A program made the position numbers and the translations under genes. This document shows positions 18,545-27,607 of a stretch of 64,000 nucleotides of DNA, piece after piece. Each line of letters opens with the position of its first letter. Position 1 is the stretch's first letter. The DNA comes from an uncultured Anaerolineales bacterium (GTDB lineage Bacteria; Chloroflexota; Anaerolineae; Anaerolineales; E44-bin32). Where the stretch lies: positions 7,299 through 71,298 of the forward strand of contig CBFDDM010000001.1 of the NCBI GenBank assembly GCA_965603565.1, given 5' to 3'. The notes below the pieces were generated by a model that saw only the letters and a program-made list of their open reading frames with translations, did not search any database and had not been told where the DNA came from.

Positions 18545-19168
18545 CTATCGCCAGGTCACATCGCCGTATAGATCTGCGGGCATATCCTGGCTGCGCATGC
18601 GCTCAAAAGCCTCTCGTTCGGCTCCTACACTTGTCGCCTCGCCATGACCGGGATAGAGCATGACATTATCCGGCCAGGTGAAAACCGTACGCGCAAGCGC
18701 GTCGAGAAGCTGCTGCAGCGCCTCGTGGGAACGGGTGTGTCCGGGGCCCCCCGGAAAAATGGCATCACCCACAATTGCACGTTCAAAGGGATCTTCTCGC
18801 AGCGCAAACGCGATGCTCCCCGGTGTGTGTCCTGGAATTTCGTGAATCTCCAGGTCCATAGACCCGATCGCGAGCATGGACCCGGCCGCGAGTATGTCGT
18901 CGAATTCAAGATCGAATTGTTCGGCGTCAAGCGCGTGACCGAAGACCGGAACGTTCAGCGCCATGCGCACTTCTGCAAGTGCGCCGACGTGGTCGTGATG
19001 ACCATGCGTGATCAGAATTTTACTGATCGGCGCCCCATCGACCCATTTAATAATCCTCTCCGGTTCCGCACCTGGATCAACCAGCGCCGCCTCCCCATCG
19101 TCGCCTTCTTGCAGCAAATAGCAGTTTGACTGGAAAGAACCCACAGCCAGGCATGATAACTCCAGCAT
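18545..19168 (-). CDS. MBL-fold metallo-hydrolase (glyoxalase II-like)
   Basis: ITHGHHDHVGA, GHTPGS, GHG motifs. Confidence 0.85.
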   Translation of the reverse strand: MLELSCLAVGSFQSNCYLLQEGDDGEAALVDPGAEPERIIKWVDGAPISKILITHGHHDHVGALAEVRMALNVPVFGHALDAEQFDLEFDDILAAGSMLAIGSMDLEIHEIPGHTPGSIAFALREDPFERAIVGDAIFPGGPGHTRSHEALQQLLDALARTVFTWPDNVMLYPGHGEATSVGAEREAFERMRSQDMPADLYGDVTWR

Positions 19169-19197
19169 GAAGACCTCCTCATAGAGCGCCTTTTGAA

Positions 19198-20085
19198 CTA
19201 ATCATTCGTACGCACAAAACTCAACAACTCACGACTCACCGCTTCGGGCTCGTCGTGCTGGATCCAATGGGACGCTTCGGGGAAATGGACGATCCGTCCA
19301 CGCCGGCACCACTTCAGGCTATCATCGGCGGCGCGCTTGTCCAGTGCAACATCGCGGTCGCCCCACAAAATCAGTGTGGGTATATTGATCTTGCCCGTGG
19401 TCAATGTGTTGCCCAGATTTCGGAAAGCTGCCCGGTACCATGCCAGCATCCCTTTGAGGGCGCCTTTTCGTGCCCATGCCTGCTCGTAGCGCTGCAGATC
19501 CCTGCGCGAAAATGTGTCAGGTTTTCCGCTCGAGCGCAGAATAACCCCCGGCCCGGCCAATGACAACAGCAGTTCCGGGATAAGAGGTGTCTGGAAAAAC
19601 GCGATGTACCAGCTTTTGATGCGCTGCGCCCATGTTTCGCGCAACGCCTTGCGCAGCGCGGCGGGGTGCGGGACGTTGAGGATTCCCAACTTGCGCACTC
19701 GCGCGGGGTGGCGCGCTGCCGTCCACCAGGCTACCGCCGCGCCCCAATCGTGGCCGATCAGATCGACCTGCTCGCGATCGGCGGCGTCGATCAGCCCGAT
19801 CACGTCGCCGACCAGAGCGTCCATGCGGTAATCCGCCACCTTCGATGGTTTCTCGCTCAGGTTGTAGCCGCGTTGATCGGGAATCCAAACCGCGTACCCC
19901 GCATCGGCAAATGCCCCGATTTGATTACGCCAGCCGTACCAGAATTCGGGGAACCCGTGCAGGAGCAGCACCAACGGGCCATCGTCCGGCCCTGCTTGAA
20001 CGACATGCAGCGGGTTGTCCTGCACCTCGATCATCTTTGAGCGCAGGCTCGGGTGAATCTGCTCACGGTCCGCGGATGTGATCAA
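19198..20085 (-). CDS. alpha/beta hydrolase (epoxide hydrolase / haloalkane dehalogenase-like)
   Basis: LLLHGFPEFWYGWRNQ...DQRGYN.SEKP...GHDWGAAVAWW...HW.Q. Confidence 0.85.
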   Translation of the reverse strand: MITSADREQIHPSLRSKMIEVQDNPLHVVQAGPDDGPLVLLLHGFPEFWYGWRNQIGAFADAGYAVWIPDQRGYNLSEKPSKVADYRMDALVGDVIGLIDAADREQVDLIGHDWGAAVAWWTAARHPARVRKLGILNVPHPAALRKALRETWAQRIKSWYIAFFQTPLIPELLLSLAGPGVILRSSGKPDTFSRRDLQRYEQAWARKGALKGMLAWYRAAFRNLGNTLTTGKINIPTLILWGDRDVALDKRAADDSLKWCRRGRIVHFPEASHWIQHDEPEAVSRELLSFVRTND

Positions 20086-20471
20086 GTGGCATCCTTTCGA
20101 CGATTGGCCTCATCCAACAGAAAGCTGTTCAGCGCTTCCCGGGCTGCGGGCAGCTTCTGAACGGCGGCCCAATCGACGTCCTCCACACTCAGCTCTGTGC
20201 TTGAAGTCAGAACCATAAAAGGATCCTCCTCAAGCTGCTCCCCTGCGATGCACACCACGCGCCAATACCGGCTCAGCTCAGCCTGCCAGGCTTTATAGTC
20301 CCTGCGCAGGATTTCTCGCAAGCCGCGATACTCCTCGCGCTGCTCGCTCGAGACCAGACCGGAACGATATACCGCCAGGAACATCCGCCCCAATCGATCC
20401 CAACGTTCAACCCAGGCCTCGAACTCCGGCCAATCAAGCTGCTCCAGCAGCGTCGCCGTGACCGGATTCAC
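20082..20471 (-). CDS. hypothetical protein
   Basis: 129 aa. Stop overlaps the downstream gene start. No family recognised. Confidence 0.45.
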   Translation of the reverse strand: MNPVTATLLEQLDWPEFEAWVERWDRLGRMFLAVYRSGLVSSEQREEYRGLREILRRDYKAWQAELSRYWRVVCIAGEQLEEDPFMVLTSSTELSVEDVDWAAVQKLPAAREALNSFLLDEANRRKDAT

Positions 20472-20495
20472 GAAAAGGTTCTTCTGAATATCATG

Positions 20496-21779
20496 CTAAG
20501 CGATCTTCTTGATCAACTGCTCGCCGAACTCAGCCGGCTCGCTGCGCTCGACAACCAGTTCATCGGCGTCGTGGAAGTGCATGAAATCGCGCATGCTCCT
20601 GGAGACATCCTGAATAACGCTCCCGTTCAACTTCACGCCGGGTTCAAGGTAAAGCGCCTCGAGATGAAGACACCTTGCCTGGCGGTCCAAGCGCGGGTCA
20701 AAACGGCCGATCAGTCCTGAGCGATACAGAATCGGCAGGCAGTAATAACCCCAGATACGCTTCTCCGCCGGCTTATACGCCTCCAACACCTGCCTGAAGC
20801 CCCAGAACTGCTCATCCCTCCCGCCCGGATAAAAAAGCGTATCAAATGGATTCAGAAACGTCGTGCGTTCCGCCTGAATCTCGCCATCTGCACAGCGCTG
20901 CAGATCGCCCATGCGATCGCGGTGCAGGATGAGCGTGTGCGCCTCTCCGTCGTGCAGCCGAGCTGAGACCCGCCTGAAAACGCCTTCCTGCAAGAGCGTC
21001 TCGATCGTGTCTTTTACCGATGTCCGCGAGAAATCATGAGCGTAGTCCGGCAGTTGATTCTGCGCGCAAATCCCAGTTGCCAGCATGGCGCGCTCCAGGA
21101 CGTGACGGGTGGTCGCGTCCTCGCCCGGGTCACTGCGGTCGACCCACTCGGGGATGACACGTTCGCTCAAATCGTATGCTCGCTGGAAACTCTCACGATT
21201 GGCGATCGCCAGATCTCCGCAATCGAACAGATACTCAAGCGCTGACTTGGCCGGCTTCCAATTCCACCAGGTGCCCCCACCTCCGCCCTCGTGTTCGAAA
21301 TCACGCACAAACAAAGCGCCCTCGGTCTCAATGCGATCGTTAACATGGCGCAGCAGCTGCTGATTCGATTCATTCGCAAGCCAGCGCCGCCGCCGTTCGC
21401 TGCGTCCGGGGCGGCTGGATTGCATGCGCTGCAGCCGGTAGCGATATTCGCTCAACGGCAGCAAACACGCAGCATGAAACCAGTATTCGAACAGCTGTCG
21501 TTCGTTCTTGTCAGCAGAGTCCTGCGGCGATGCGTAGACCAGAACGTCCAGATCCCCGGGGTCGTAGCTGCCCAAACGACTCCAGATCGCCAGGTAATGT
21601 GAGCGCTGCACGCGCTGCAACGTGTCGATCTGAACGCACATCAACCGCTCAACCAGGTCGGCGATCGCCTGACTGGTAACCTCTGATTCAGCGCCATTCG
21701 GTGTAGTTAGTTGTTGGGTATAAAGAGCTAGCCGACGGACGGCCTCAAGCGGATAAACGGTCCTATCCGAACTACTCAT
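20496..21779 (-). CDS. YcaQ/AlkZ-family winged-helix DNA glycosylase (interstrand-crosslink repair)
   Basis: LYTQQL...VQIDTLQRVQRSHYLAIWSRL...LFEYWFHAACLLP. Carries a Q-I-D (Q-phi-D) motif, as in the YcaQ branch. Confidence 0.7.
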   Translation of the reverse strand: MSSSDRTVYPLEAVRRLALYTQQLTTPNGAESEVTSQAIADLVERLMCVQIDTLQRVQRSHYLAIWSRLGSYDPGDLDVLVYASPQDSADKNERQLFEYWFHAACLLPLSEYRYRLQRMQSSRPGRSERRRRWLANESNQQLLRHVNDRIETEGALFVRDFEHEGGGGGTWWNWKPAKSALEYLFDCGDLAIANRESFQRAYDLSERVIPEWVDRSDPGEDATTRHVLERAMLATGICAQNQLPDYAHDFSRTSVKDTIETLLQEGVFRRVSARLHDGEAHTLILHRDRMGDLQRCADGEIQAERTTFLNPFDTLFYPGGRDEQFWGFRQVLEAYKPAEKRIWGYYCLPILYRSGLIGRFDPRLDRQARCLHLEALYLEPGVKLNGSVIQDVSRSMRDFMHFHDADELVVERSEPAEFGEQLIKKIA

Positions 21780-21851
21780 AAGAGATATCTGCTCCTGGCT
21801 GGCTGTTCACGTTGAGGGTAATTATGTCAGAGTTTCCACATTCCCTACAGA

Positions 21852-21885
21852 TGAAAGAAAAGCCCCGAGATGGAAACTCGGGGCT
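21852..21885 (-). terminator. intrinsic terminator of lipA
   Basis: Minus strand reads AGCCCCGAG-TTTCCAT-CTCGGGGCT followed by TTTCTTTC. Confidence 0.7.
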
Positions 21886-21905
21886 TGATGTTCGAATTAA
21901 ATTGT

Positions 21906-22844
21906 TCAGGCGCGCTCGGCAGATTCCGTCCCGTATAGTTTGCGATGGACAACGCTCAGGGCGCGAACTTGTTTTTCGGCATGATAAGAAGAGCGTACCA
22001 GCGGACCACTCTCGACCCACTTAAATCCGATCTCCTTGCCGTACCTCTCGATCTCCTCGAACTCCTCCGGGCGATAATAGCGCTCGATCGGCAGGTGTTT
22101 ACGCGAGGGCTGCAGGTACTGCCCGACGGTGAGGATATCAACATCCCATTCGCGCAGGTCCCGCATGGTGGACTTGACCTCCTCCATCGTCTCGCCCAGC
22201 CCTAGCATGATTCCGGATTTGGTGAGCACTTCCGGGTCGAGGCGTTTGGCGTTCGTCAGCGTCGCCTTGGCCCAATCGTAGCGATCCTGTGGCTGCACCA
22301 TCTTGAACAAGCGCGGCACGGTCTCTACGTTGTGGTTGAGAATTTCGGGGCGGGCATCCATCACGATCTTGAGCGCTTCCTCGGAACCCTTGAAATCCGG
22401 AATCAGGACCTCGATAGAGCAACCCGGTTGCAGTTCGCGGATGCGGCGGATGACCATCGCAAAGATCGGCGCGCCACCATCCTCGCGCTCATCGCGGTTG
22501 ACGCTCGTGATGACCGCGTGGCGCAGTTCCATGCGCTGCACGGCGCGCGCCACACGCTCCGGCTCAAGCCAGTCAAGCGGATTCGGACGCCCGGTTTCAA
22601 TGTCGCAGAATCCACATGAGCGCGTGCAAATCTCGCCCATGAGCAAAAACGTTGCCGTGCCCGAGCCCCAGCATTCGCCCATATTGGGGCAGCGCGCTTC
22701 CTCGCAAACGGTGTGGAGCGCTTTGGAGCGCATCATCTCCCTCAGCCACTCGTAGGTCTCGCCGGCTGGGGCGCGCACCTTGATCCAATCGGGTCGGCGC
22801 AGAGGTTTGTTGGCCTCTTGTGACTGTCTTCCGTCCGTTGTCAT
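21906..22844 (-). CDS. lipA: lipoyl synthase
   Basis: ORF 21906..22991. Start moved to MTTDGRQ (ATG 22844). RPDWIKVR...[13 protein letters not shown]...[10 protein letters not shown] radical-SAM and auxiliary cluster motifs. Confidence 0.92.
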   Translation of the reverse strand: MTTDGRQSQEANKPLRRPDWIKVRAPAGETYEWLREMMRSKALHTVCEEARCPNMGECWGSGTATFLLMGEICTRSCGFCDIETGRPNPLDWLEPERVARAVQRMELRHAVITSVNRDEREDGGAPIFAMVIRRIRELQPGCSIEVLIPDFKGSEEALKIVMDARPEILNHNVETVPRLFKMVQPQDRYDWAKATLTNAKRLDPEVLTKSGIMLGLGETMEEVKSTMRDLREWDVDILTVGQYLQPSRKHLPIERYYRPEEFEEIERYGKEIGFKWVESGPLVRSSYHAEKQVRALSVVHRKLYGTESAERA

Positions 22845-22956
22845 CGACACTCGCTTCTCATTGATACCATATTTGATGCACATTCTACCGCGAACAGCGC
22901 TCGCCGCGCAGTTCTGGCTTTGGTGCCCCACGAAGCCCGGGAGTATACTCGCCCCC

Positions 22957-23919
22957 ATGACCGGAAAACAGCCGCTGCCACAACCTACCACGCCCGTCCC
23001 GCCGCTCGAGACACCAGAAAGCAGTCATGAAGGACATGCCTCACGATGGGTGGGGGCCTTGCTGTGCTCGCTCTCGGCGGCCGGCTTCGCAAGCCTCACC
23101 GTGCTGGGCAAGATCGCGCTCAATAGCGGTTTGAGCCTGGTGACGATCCTGGCGCTGCGCTTCGGCGGTGCGGCACTGCTCCTTTTCGCTTACCTGGGTC
23201 TCGTCCGCAGACAGTCGCTTTATCCAGGGAAGCGGTTGGCGCTGATGCTCTTCGCATTGGGGGCGCTGGGCTACGCCGGGCAGTCCACGCTCTACTTCGC
23301 CTCGCTCGACCGCAACCCGGCCTCACTCAACGGGATCTTGCTCTATGTGTATCCGGTCTTCGTAGCGCTCATCGGCTGGCTGGTCAACCGCACACCGCCG
23401 ACAGGGCGTGAGTGGGGTGCCATGGCGCTGGCGCTGTTCGGCGTGCTCCTGACCGTTCAAAGGCCAGGCGTGGACCTCGGTTTCACTCACGCTGATCCAA
23501 TAGGTGTGCTCTTGGTCTTGGGCTCCGCGCTGTGGTACTCAGTGTATATTGTGACCAGCGACCGCGTCGTCCATCGACCTGGCGCCTGGCTGAGCACGGC
23601 CTGGATCTCGTTAGGAGCATCGTTCAGTTTCGCGCTCTTCGGTGGCATCGCCGGTCTGCTCAACTTCAATCTATCACCACAGGCGATCTGGATTTTGGTC
23701 GCGATGGTTTTCGTGAGCACGATCCTGGCGCTGGGTACCTTCTTCGCCGGCATGCGCATCGTCGGGCCCACCGCCGCCTCGCTGCTCAGCACGCTGGAAC
23801 CGGTCTTCACCGTGCTGCTGGCGATGCTGGCGCTCTCCGAACGTCTCGCGAGCATGCAGATTCTGGGTGGATTGTTTGTGCTCGCAGCCGTCATTTTGCT
23901 GACTTTGCCGGAAAAATAG
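22957..23919 (+). CDS. EamA/DMT family transporter
   Basis: ORF 22780..23919. Start moved to MTGKQPL (ATG 22957) to avoid overlapping lipA. About 10 TM helices in two EamA-like halves. Confidence 0.8.
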   Translation: MTGKQPLPQPTTPVPPLETPESSHEGHASRWVGALLCSLSAAGFASLTVLGKIALNSGLSLVTILALRFGGAALLLFAYLGLVRRQSLYPGKRLALMLFALGALGYAGQSTLYFASLDRNPASLNGILLYVYPVFVALIGWLVNRTPPTGREWGAMALALFGVLLTVQRPGVDLGFTHADPIGVLLVLGSALWYSVYIVTSDRVVHRPGAWLSTAWISLGASFSFALFGGIAGLLNFNLSPQAIWILVAMVFVSTILALGTFFAGMRIVGPTAASLLSTLEPVFTVLLAMLALSERLASMQILGGLFVLAAVILLTLPEK

Positions 23920-23992
23920 CGCGTCCCCAAGTAACTTCAGGGGTTTATCCCTATGAACAACGATCGCGTTTTACCCAATCAAGGAGATTGCC

Positions 23993-24163
23993 ATGCGTCT
24001 TACTCCACCCACCAAGAATGTGTTTTATCTCTCGGCCGCGCTGGTCGTGGTCGGCCTGATCGCCCAGATCGTCACGATCCCCTTCCTCTCAGGTGTCGCC
24101 TTCTGGATCGTGCTCGTAGGCTACGTGCTGCTATTTCTCGGAAACACGATGAAGGGATTCTAG
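23993..24163 (+). CDS. small two-helix membrane protein (56 aa), not in the ORF track
   Basis: Own translation: MRLTPPTKNVFYLSAALVVVGLIAQIVTIPFLSGVAFWIVLVGYVLLFLGNTMKGF. AAGGAG lies 5 nt upstream of the ATG. The listed 80-aa ORF in another frame is Arg-rich and not protein-like. Confidence 0.4.
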   Translation: MRLTPPTKNVFYLSAALVVVGLIAQIVTIPFLSGVAFWIVLVGYVLLFLGNTMKGF

Positions 24164-24281
24164 AAACCGACTGCGACATCGTAGAGACGGGGTGACCCCG
24201 CCCATACCGTGTAGATTGGGCAATCAAGCCATGCGGGCATACGCATGGTTTCTCACTGGGGAGCTTGAACCGCTTGGATCT

Positions 24282-26849
24282 TCAATCGGGCGTGGTCTGA
24301 AGCAGTGCTTCCACCAGCCGCACAGTGAGCGTCTTGACTTCGCCCCCTCCTGAACCCACCGGGCCTACACAGGCCGGGCATCCGTCGGCACAGCGGCACG
24401 TCCGCACCAGATCGAGGCTGCCCTTAAGGAGTTCATCGTGGAGTTCATAGAGGCGTTCTGAGAATCCCAGACCCTCCGGAATGCGATCGTATAACGTGAT
24501 CGTCGGGGCTTTGGTTTCCGAGGCGCGCACTTCCGTGATCACCCCCAGATCACGCGGGTCGCACATCAGGTAGAGCGGGGCGATGTTGGAGAACGCGTAC
24601 GCCAACCCGCCCAGCGCGCTGCGCTTGCCGCGCGCCGATTCGGCACGCTGGTGGCAGGAGGGGCAGAGCGTGATCAGGTTATCGAGCTCGTTCGCCATGA
24701 GGTCGTTGCGGTTCTCACCCGGGATGTAACCAAACGAGCGGAACGGCTTCAGATGGTGGACATCGTGGGCACGACCCGCTTTTTCCGGCGCGCCGCACTG
24801 CCGGCAGATAAACCCATCGCGTACTCTAGCCGCCTCGCGCGCCTGTGACCAGCTCGGCCCGTAGTCCTGGGGCGGCAGCAGCACCCCTTCTTGTTCCATC
24901 TGCTCGACGGTCTCCGGCGCGATCCATAACCAGTACGCCGAGGTCTCAAAATCGCGCGGGGGCAGCTCGATCGACCCGTAACCGAGCGTCTCGTGCGTGT
25001 AGCGTTTGACCTTGCGGTAGGAGGTAGCCTGCGCTGTGATCTGCACCCATCCGTGCGCTCGCCGCGCCAGTTGGTTTTCATCGGCATCGTAAGCCTCGAG
25101 CACATCCATGTCGACCGTGTCGGAGGCATCCGTGTAGTAGTCGATCTCTGCCGGCTTGACCAGCGCGATGCCATTATCCCAATCCAACTCCTGGACGATG
25201 TAGGTGCTGCCCTCGTGAATGTAAATGGCGCCCTCATGAATCAACAATGGTGCGGTGGCGCGATCGACCTCACCGATCACCACCGGCCGCCCTTCGCCGG
25301 TGTCCTGGATCACGATCGTGTCGTCCGTGCTTGCTCGCAGCGAGACAGATTCGGCCGGATAGGTATCTGCGACCCAATGATAGTTCCCGTTTGAACGATG
25401 CAGCTCGTCTTGATCGGCGAGGTGCTCTAGCAGCTCGTCGATCTCATCGAGTGTCCCGAACCCTTCTCCAATTTCAAAGGGCAGTTCGAATGCTGCACAG
25501 CGCACATGCCGCAGCAGGATCGCCAGGTTGTCCGGATTAATCAGGCCCATCTCGGGTGAGCGCTCGAAAAGATATGCGGGGTGAGTGGCGATGAACTGAT
25601 CAAGCGGTGCGGCGGAAGCAACCAAAACCGCCGCAGAGATCTCGGCCCGCCGCCCGGCGCGTCCGGCCTGCTGCCACAGGCTGGCGATTGTTCCAGGGTA
25701 GCCGGCCACGACCGCCGCTCCCAGCCTGCCGATATCCACACCCAACTCAAGCGCGTTGGTCGCCACGACGCCGCACACCTCACCGCTTCGCAAGCCACGC
25801 TCGATCTCGCGCCGTTCGAGCGGAAGGTACCCGCCACGGTAGCCGCGGATCATGTTCGGATCGCCGCCTGCTTGCTCGTAAGCGTCGCGTACATATCCAA
25901 GCAGGACTTCGGTCGTGAGACGGGCGCGGGCGAACACGGCAGTCTGCACCTCACCGCGCAGGAACAAATCGGCCACGCGCGTCGATTCGAGCGTATAGGC
26001 TCGGCGGATCCCCAGCGACGGCTCGATAACCGGTGGGTTGTAGATGATCACGTGCTTCTCAGCCCGCGGCGCGCCGTCGAGGTCCTGCGGGATGAGGTGG
26101 ACCGGCGCTTCGATCAGCCGCTCGGCCAGTTCTTTCGGATTGGCAATCGTCGCCGAGGTGAGCACGAACTGCGGCGCAGCCCCATAGAACTGGGCGATAC
26201 GGCGCACGCGGCGCAGCACATTAGCGACGTTCGAACCGAAAATGCCGCGATAGACGTGCAGTTCGTCGATCACGATCCAGCGCAGGTTCTCAAAGAAGTT
26301 CGCCCAGCGCGGGTGGTGGGGCAGGATACCGGTGTGCAGCATATCGGGATTGCTGATCAGCAGCCGCACATCCTCGCGAATCGCCCGGCGCCTGGCCGGC
26401 GGCGTGTCACCGTCGTAGGTCTCCACGCGCACCTGATCTTGCGCTCCCAATGTGTCCAGGAACTTAGCCAGTGCGCTGGCTTGATCCTGCGCGAGCGCTT
26501 TCGTCGGAAACAGGTAGAGCGCGCGTGCCTCTGAGTTATCCAGAAGTGTCTGCATCACTGGGACGTTGTAGCAGAGCGTCTTGCCCGAAGCTGTGCCGGT
26601 CACCACGACCACGTTGTCGCCAGCAAGCGCAGCCTCGATCGCTGCGCCTTGATGGCTGTAGAGCGGCGCTTGCCCAGATTCGTGCAGCGCGCTGATGATG
26701 CGTGCGTGCATCGCCTCCGGGAAAGGTACATGCCGCGCCGGGTGAGCCGGCAGCCGCTCCCAGGCAGAGACATTGGACATGAACTGCGGGTCGAGACGCA
26801 GTCGCTCGAGTACATTCTCAACGGTCATTGTGGGCGGATTATATTGCAA
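24282..26849 (-). CDS. SF2 DEAD/DEAH-box helicase of the DUF1998 (MrfA/YprA/SftH-like) type, with an embedded HNH nuclease motif
   Basis: Motif I TGTASGKT, motif II VIDELH, motif III TSAT, motif VI QQAGRAGRR. C-terminal CRCADGCPAC. HNH-like CRQCG..HDVHHLKP..N..DNLITLCPSCH at aa ~680-735. Confidence 0.85.
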   Translation of the reverse strand: MQYNPPTMTVENVLERLRLDPQFMSNVSAWERLPAHPARHVPFPEAMHARIISALHESGQAPLYSHQGAAIEAALAGDNVVVVTGTASGKTLCYNVPVMQTLLDNSEARALYLFPTKALAQDQASALAKFLDTLGAQDQVRVETYDGDTPPARRRAIREDVRLLISNPDMLHTGILPHHPRWANFFENLRWIVIDELHVYRGIFGSNVANVLRRVRRIAQFYGAAPQFVLTSATIANPKELAERLIEAPVHLIPQDLDGAPRAEKHVIIYNPPVIEPSLGIRRAYTLESTRVADLFLRGEVQTAVFARARLTTEVLLGYVRDAYEQAGGDPNMIRGYRGGYLPLERREIERGLRSGEVCGVVATNALELGVDIGRLGAAVVAGYPGTIASLWQQAGRAGRRAEISAAVLVASAAPLDQFIATHPAYLFERSPEMGLINPDNLAILLRHVRCAAFELPFEIGEGFGTLDEIDELLEHLADQDELHRSNGNYHWVADTYPAESVSLRASTDDTIVIQDTGEGRPVVIGEVDRATAPLLIHEGAIYIHEGSTYIVQELDWDNGIALVKPAEIDYYTDASDTVDMDVLEAYDADENQLARRAHGWVQITAQATSYRKVKRYTHETLGYGSIELPPRDFETSAYWLWIAPETVEQMEQEGVLLPPQDYGPSWSQAREAARVRDGFICRQCGAPEKAGRAHDVHHLKPFRSFGYIPGENRNDLMANELDNLITLCPSCHQRAESARGKRSALGGLAYAFSNIAPLYLMCDPRDLGVITEVRASETKAPTITLYDRIPEGLGFSERLYELHDELLKGSLDLVRTCRCADGCPACVGPVGSGGGEVKTLTVRLVEALLQTTPD

Positions 26850-26889
26850 ATAGAGCGCAGAGACTCGGGATCTGGCTGCGGGCGCACTG

Positions 26890-27573
26890 TCATTCGAGGG
26901 GGTTGACGTAGACCTGGTGTGTCACGCGCGGGCCGAGCACAACCGCTTCGGGCTTGCCTTCGACCTTCAGCGTAAGATTTTCGTCGAACGGAGAGTAATC
27001 CTGGACATGTAGTTCGGCGTCTGGCTGTAGACCCAACTCCATGAGGTGGCGCAGCAGCGCGGGGTCGCTATCGCGCACACGCTGCACAACGGCACGCTGC
27101 CCGCCGCGCAGTTCACTCAGACGCACGCTTGTCGAGGGTGGGATCTCGAGATCGCGGGTGGGGATCGGGTCGCCATGCGGGTCGTGGGTGGGATCACCCA
27201 GCACATGAGCGATACGCTCCTCCATCTTCTCGGAGATCACGTGCTCGAGCCTGTCGGCCTCCTCGTGCACTTCGTCCCATGGGAAGCCCAGGACCTGGTG
27301 CAGGAACATCTCGATCAGACGGTGGTGGCGGATGGTCTGCAGCGCCACATTACGGCCGTGCTCGGTGAGCACCACGCCGCGGTGTTTGCGGTACTCCAAC
27401 AATGGCGGGTCGGTCTCGGCCAGCTTCTGCACCATGCCGGTCACCGAAGCCGGCGTCACGCCAAGCCTCTCGGCCAGGCGGTTAGTCGTGGCGCGGTCAC
27501 CCTTGGAGGTCAATTCAAAGATGACCTTCAAATAGTTCTCTATCGATTCGGTCCACGCTTTTTCCATGAGCAA
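26890..27573 (-). CDS. DtxR/MntR family metal-dependent transcriptional regulator with C-terminal FeoA/SH3-like domain
   Basis: IENYLKVIFEL...TNRLAERLGVTPASVTGMVQKL...HHRLIEMFL...EADRLEHV...HDPHGDPIP. Confidence 0.85.
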   Translation of the reverse strand: MLMEKAWTESIENYLKVIFELTSKGDRATTNRLAERLGVTPASVTGMVQKLAETDPPLLEYRKHRGVVLTEHGRNVALQTIRHHRLIEMFLHQVLGFPWDEVHEEADRLEHVISEKMEERIAHVLGDPTHDPHGDPIPTRDLEIPPSTSVRLSELRGGQRAVVQRVRDSDPALLRHLMELGLQPDAELHVQDYSPFDENLTLKVEGKPEAVVLGPRVTHQVYVNPLE

Positions 27574-27607
27574 CCTTATTGTAGCCGTTTAACCCGAGCA
27601 CCCAAAA

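Noticed and set aside
24189-24199. Recurring GGGGTRACCCC hairpin core at three gene ends (24189, 39683, 61769), with nearby CCGCCCATAC strings at 24197 and 39644
   Set aside because: The copies are short, and the surrounding sequences do not align convincingly. The most economical reading is independent GC-rich terminator stems rather than a REP/MITE-like repeat family. A genome-wide count would settle it.
25581-26534. 317-aa ORF antisense to the helicase, with similar long antisense or out-of-frame ORFs at 39686..40534, 35069..35875, 45436..46299, 54126..54878 and 27720..28472
   Set aside because: Each overlaps a gene with clear family motifs and has biased Arg/Gly/Pro composition.
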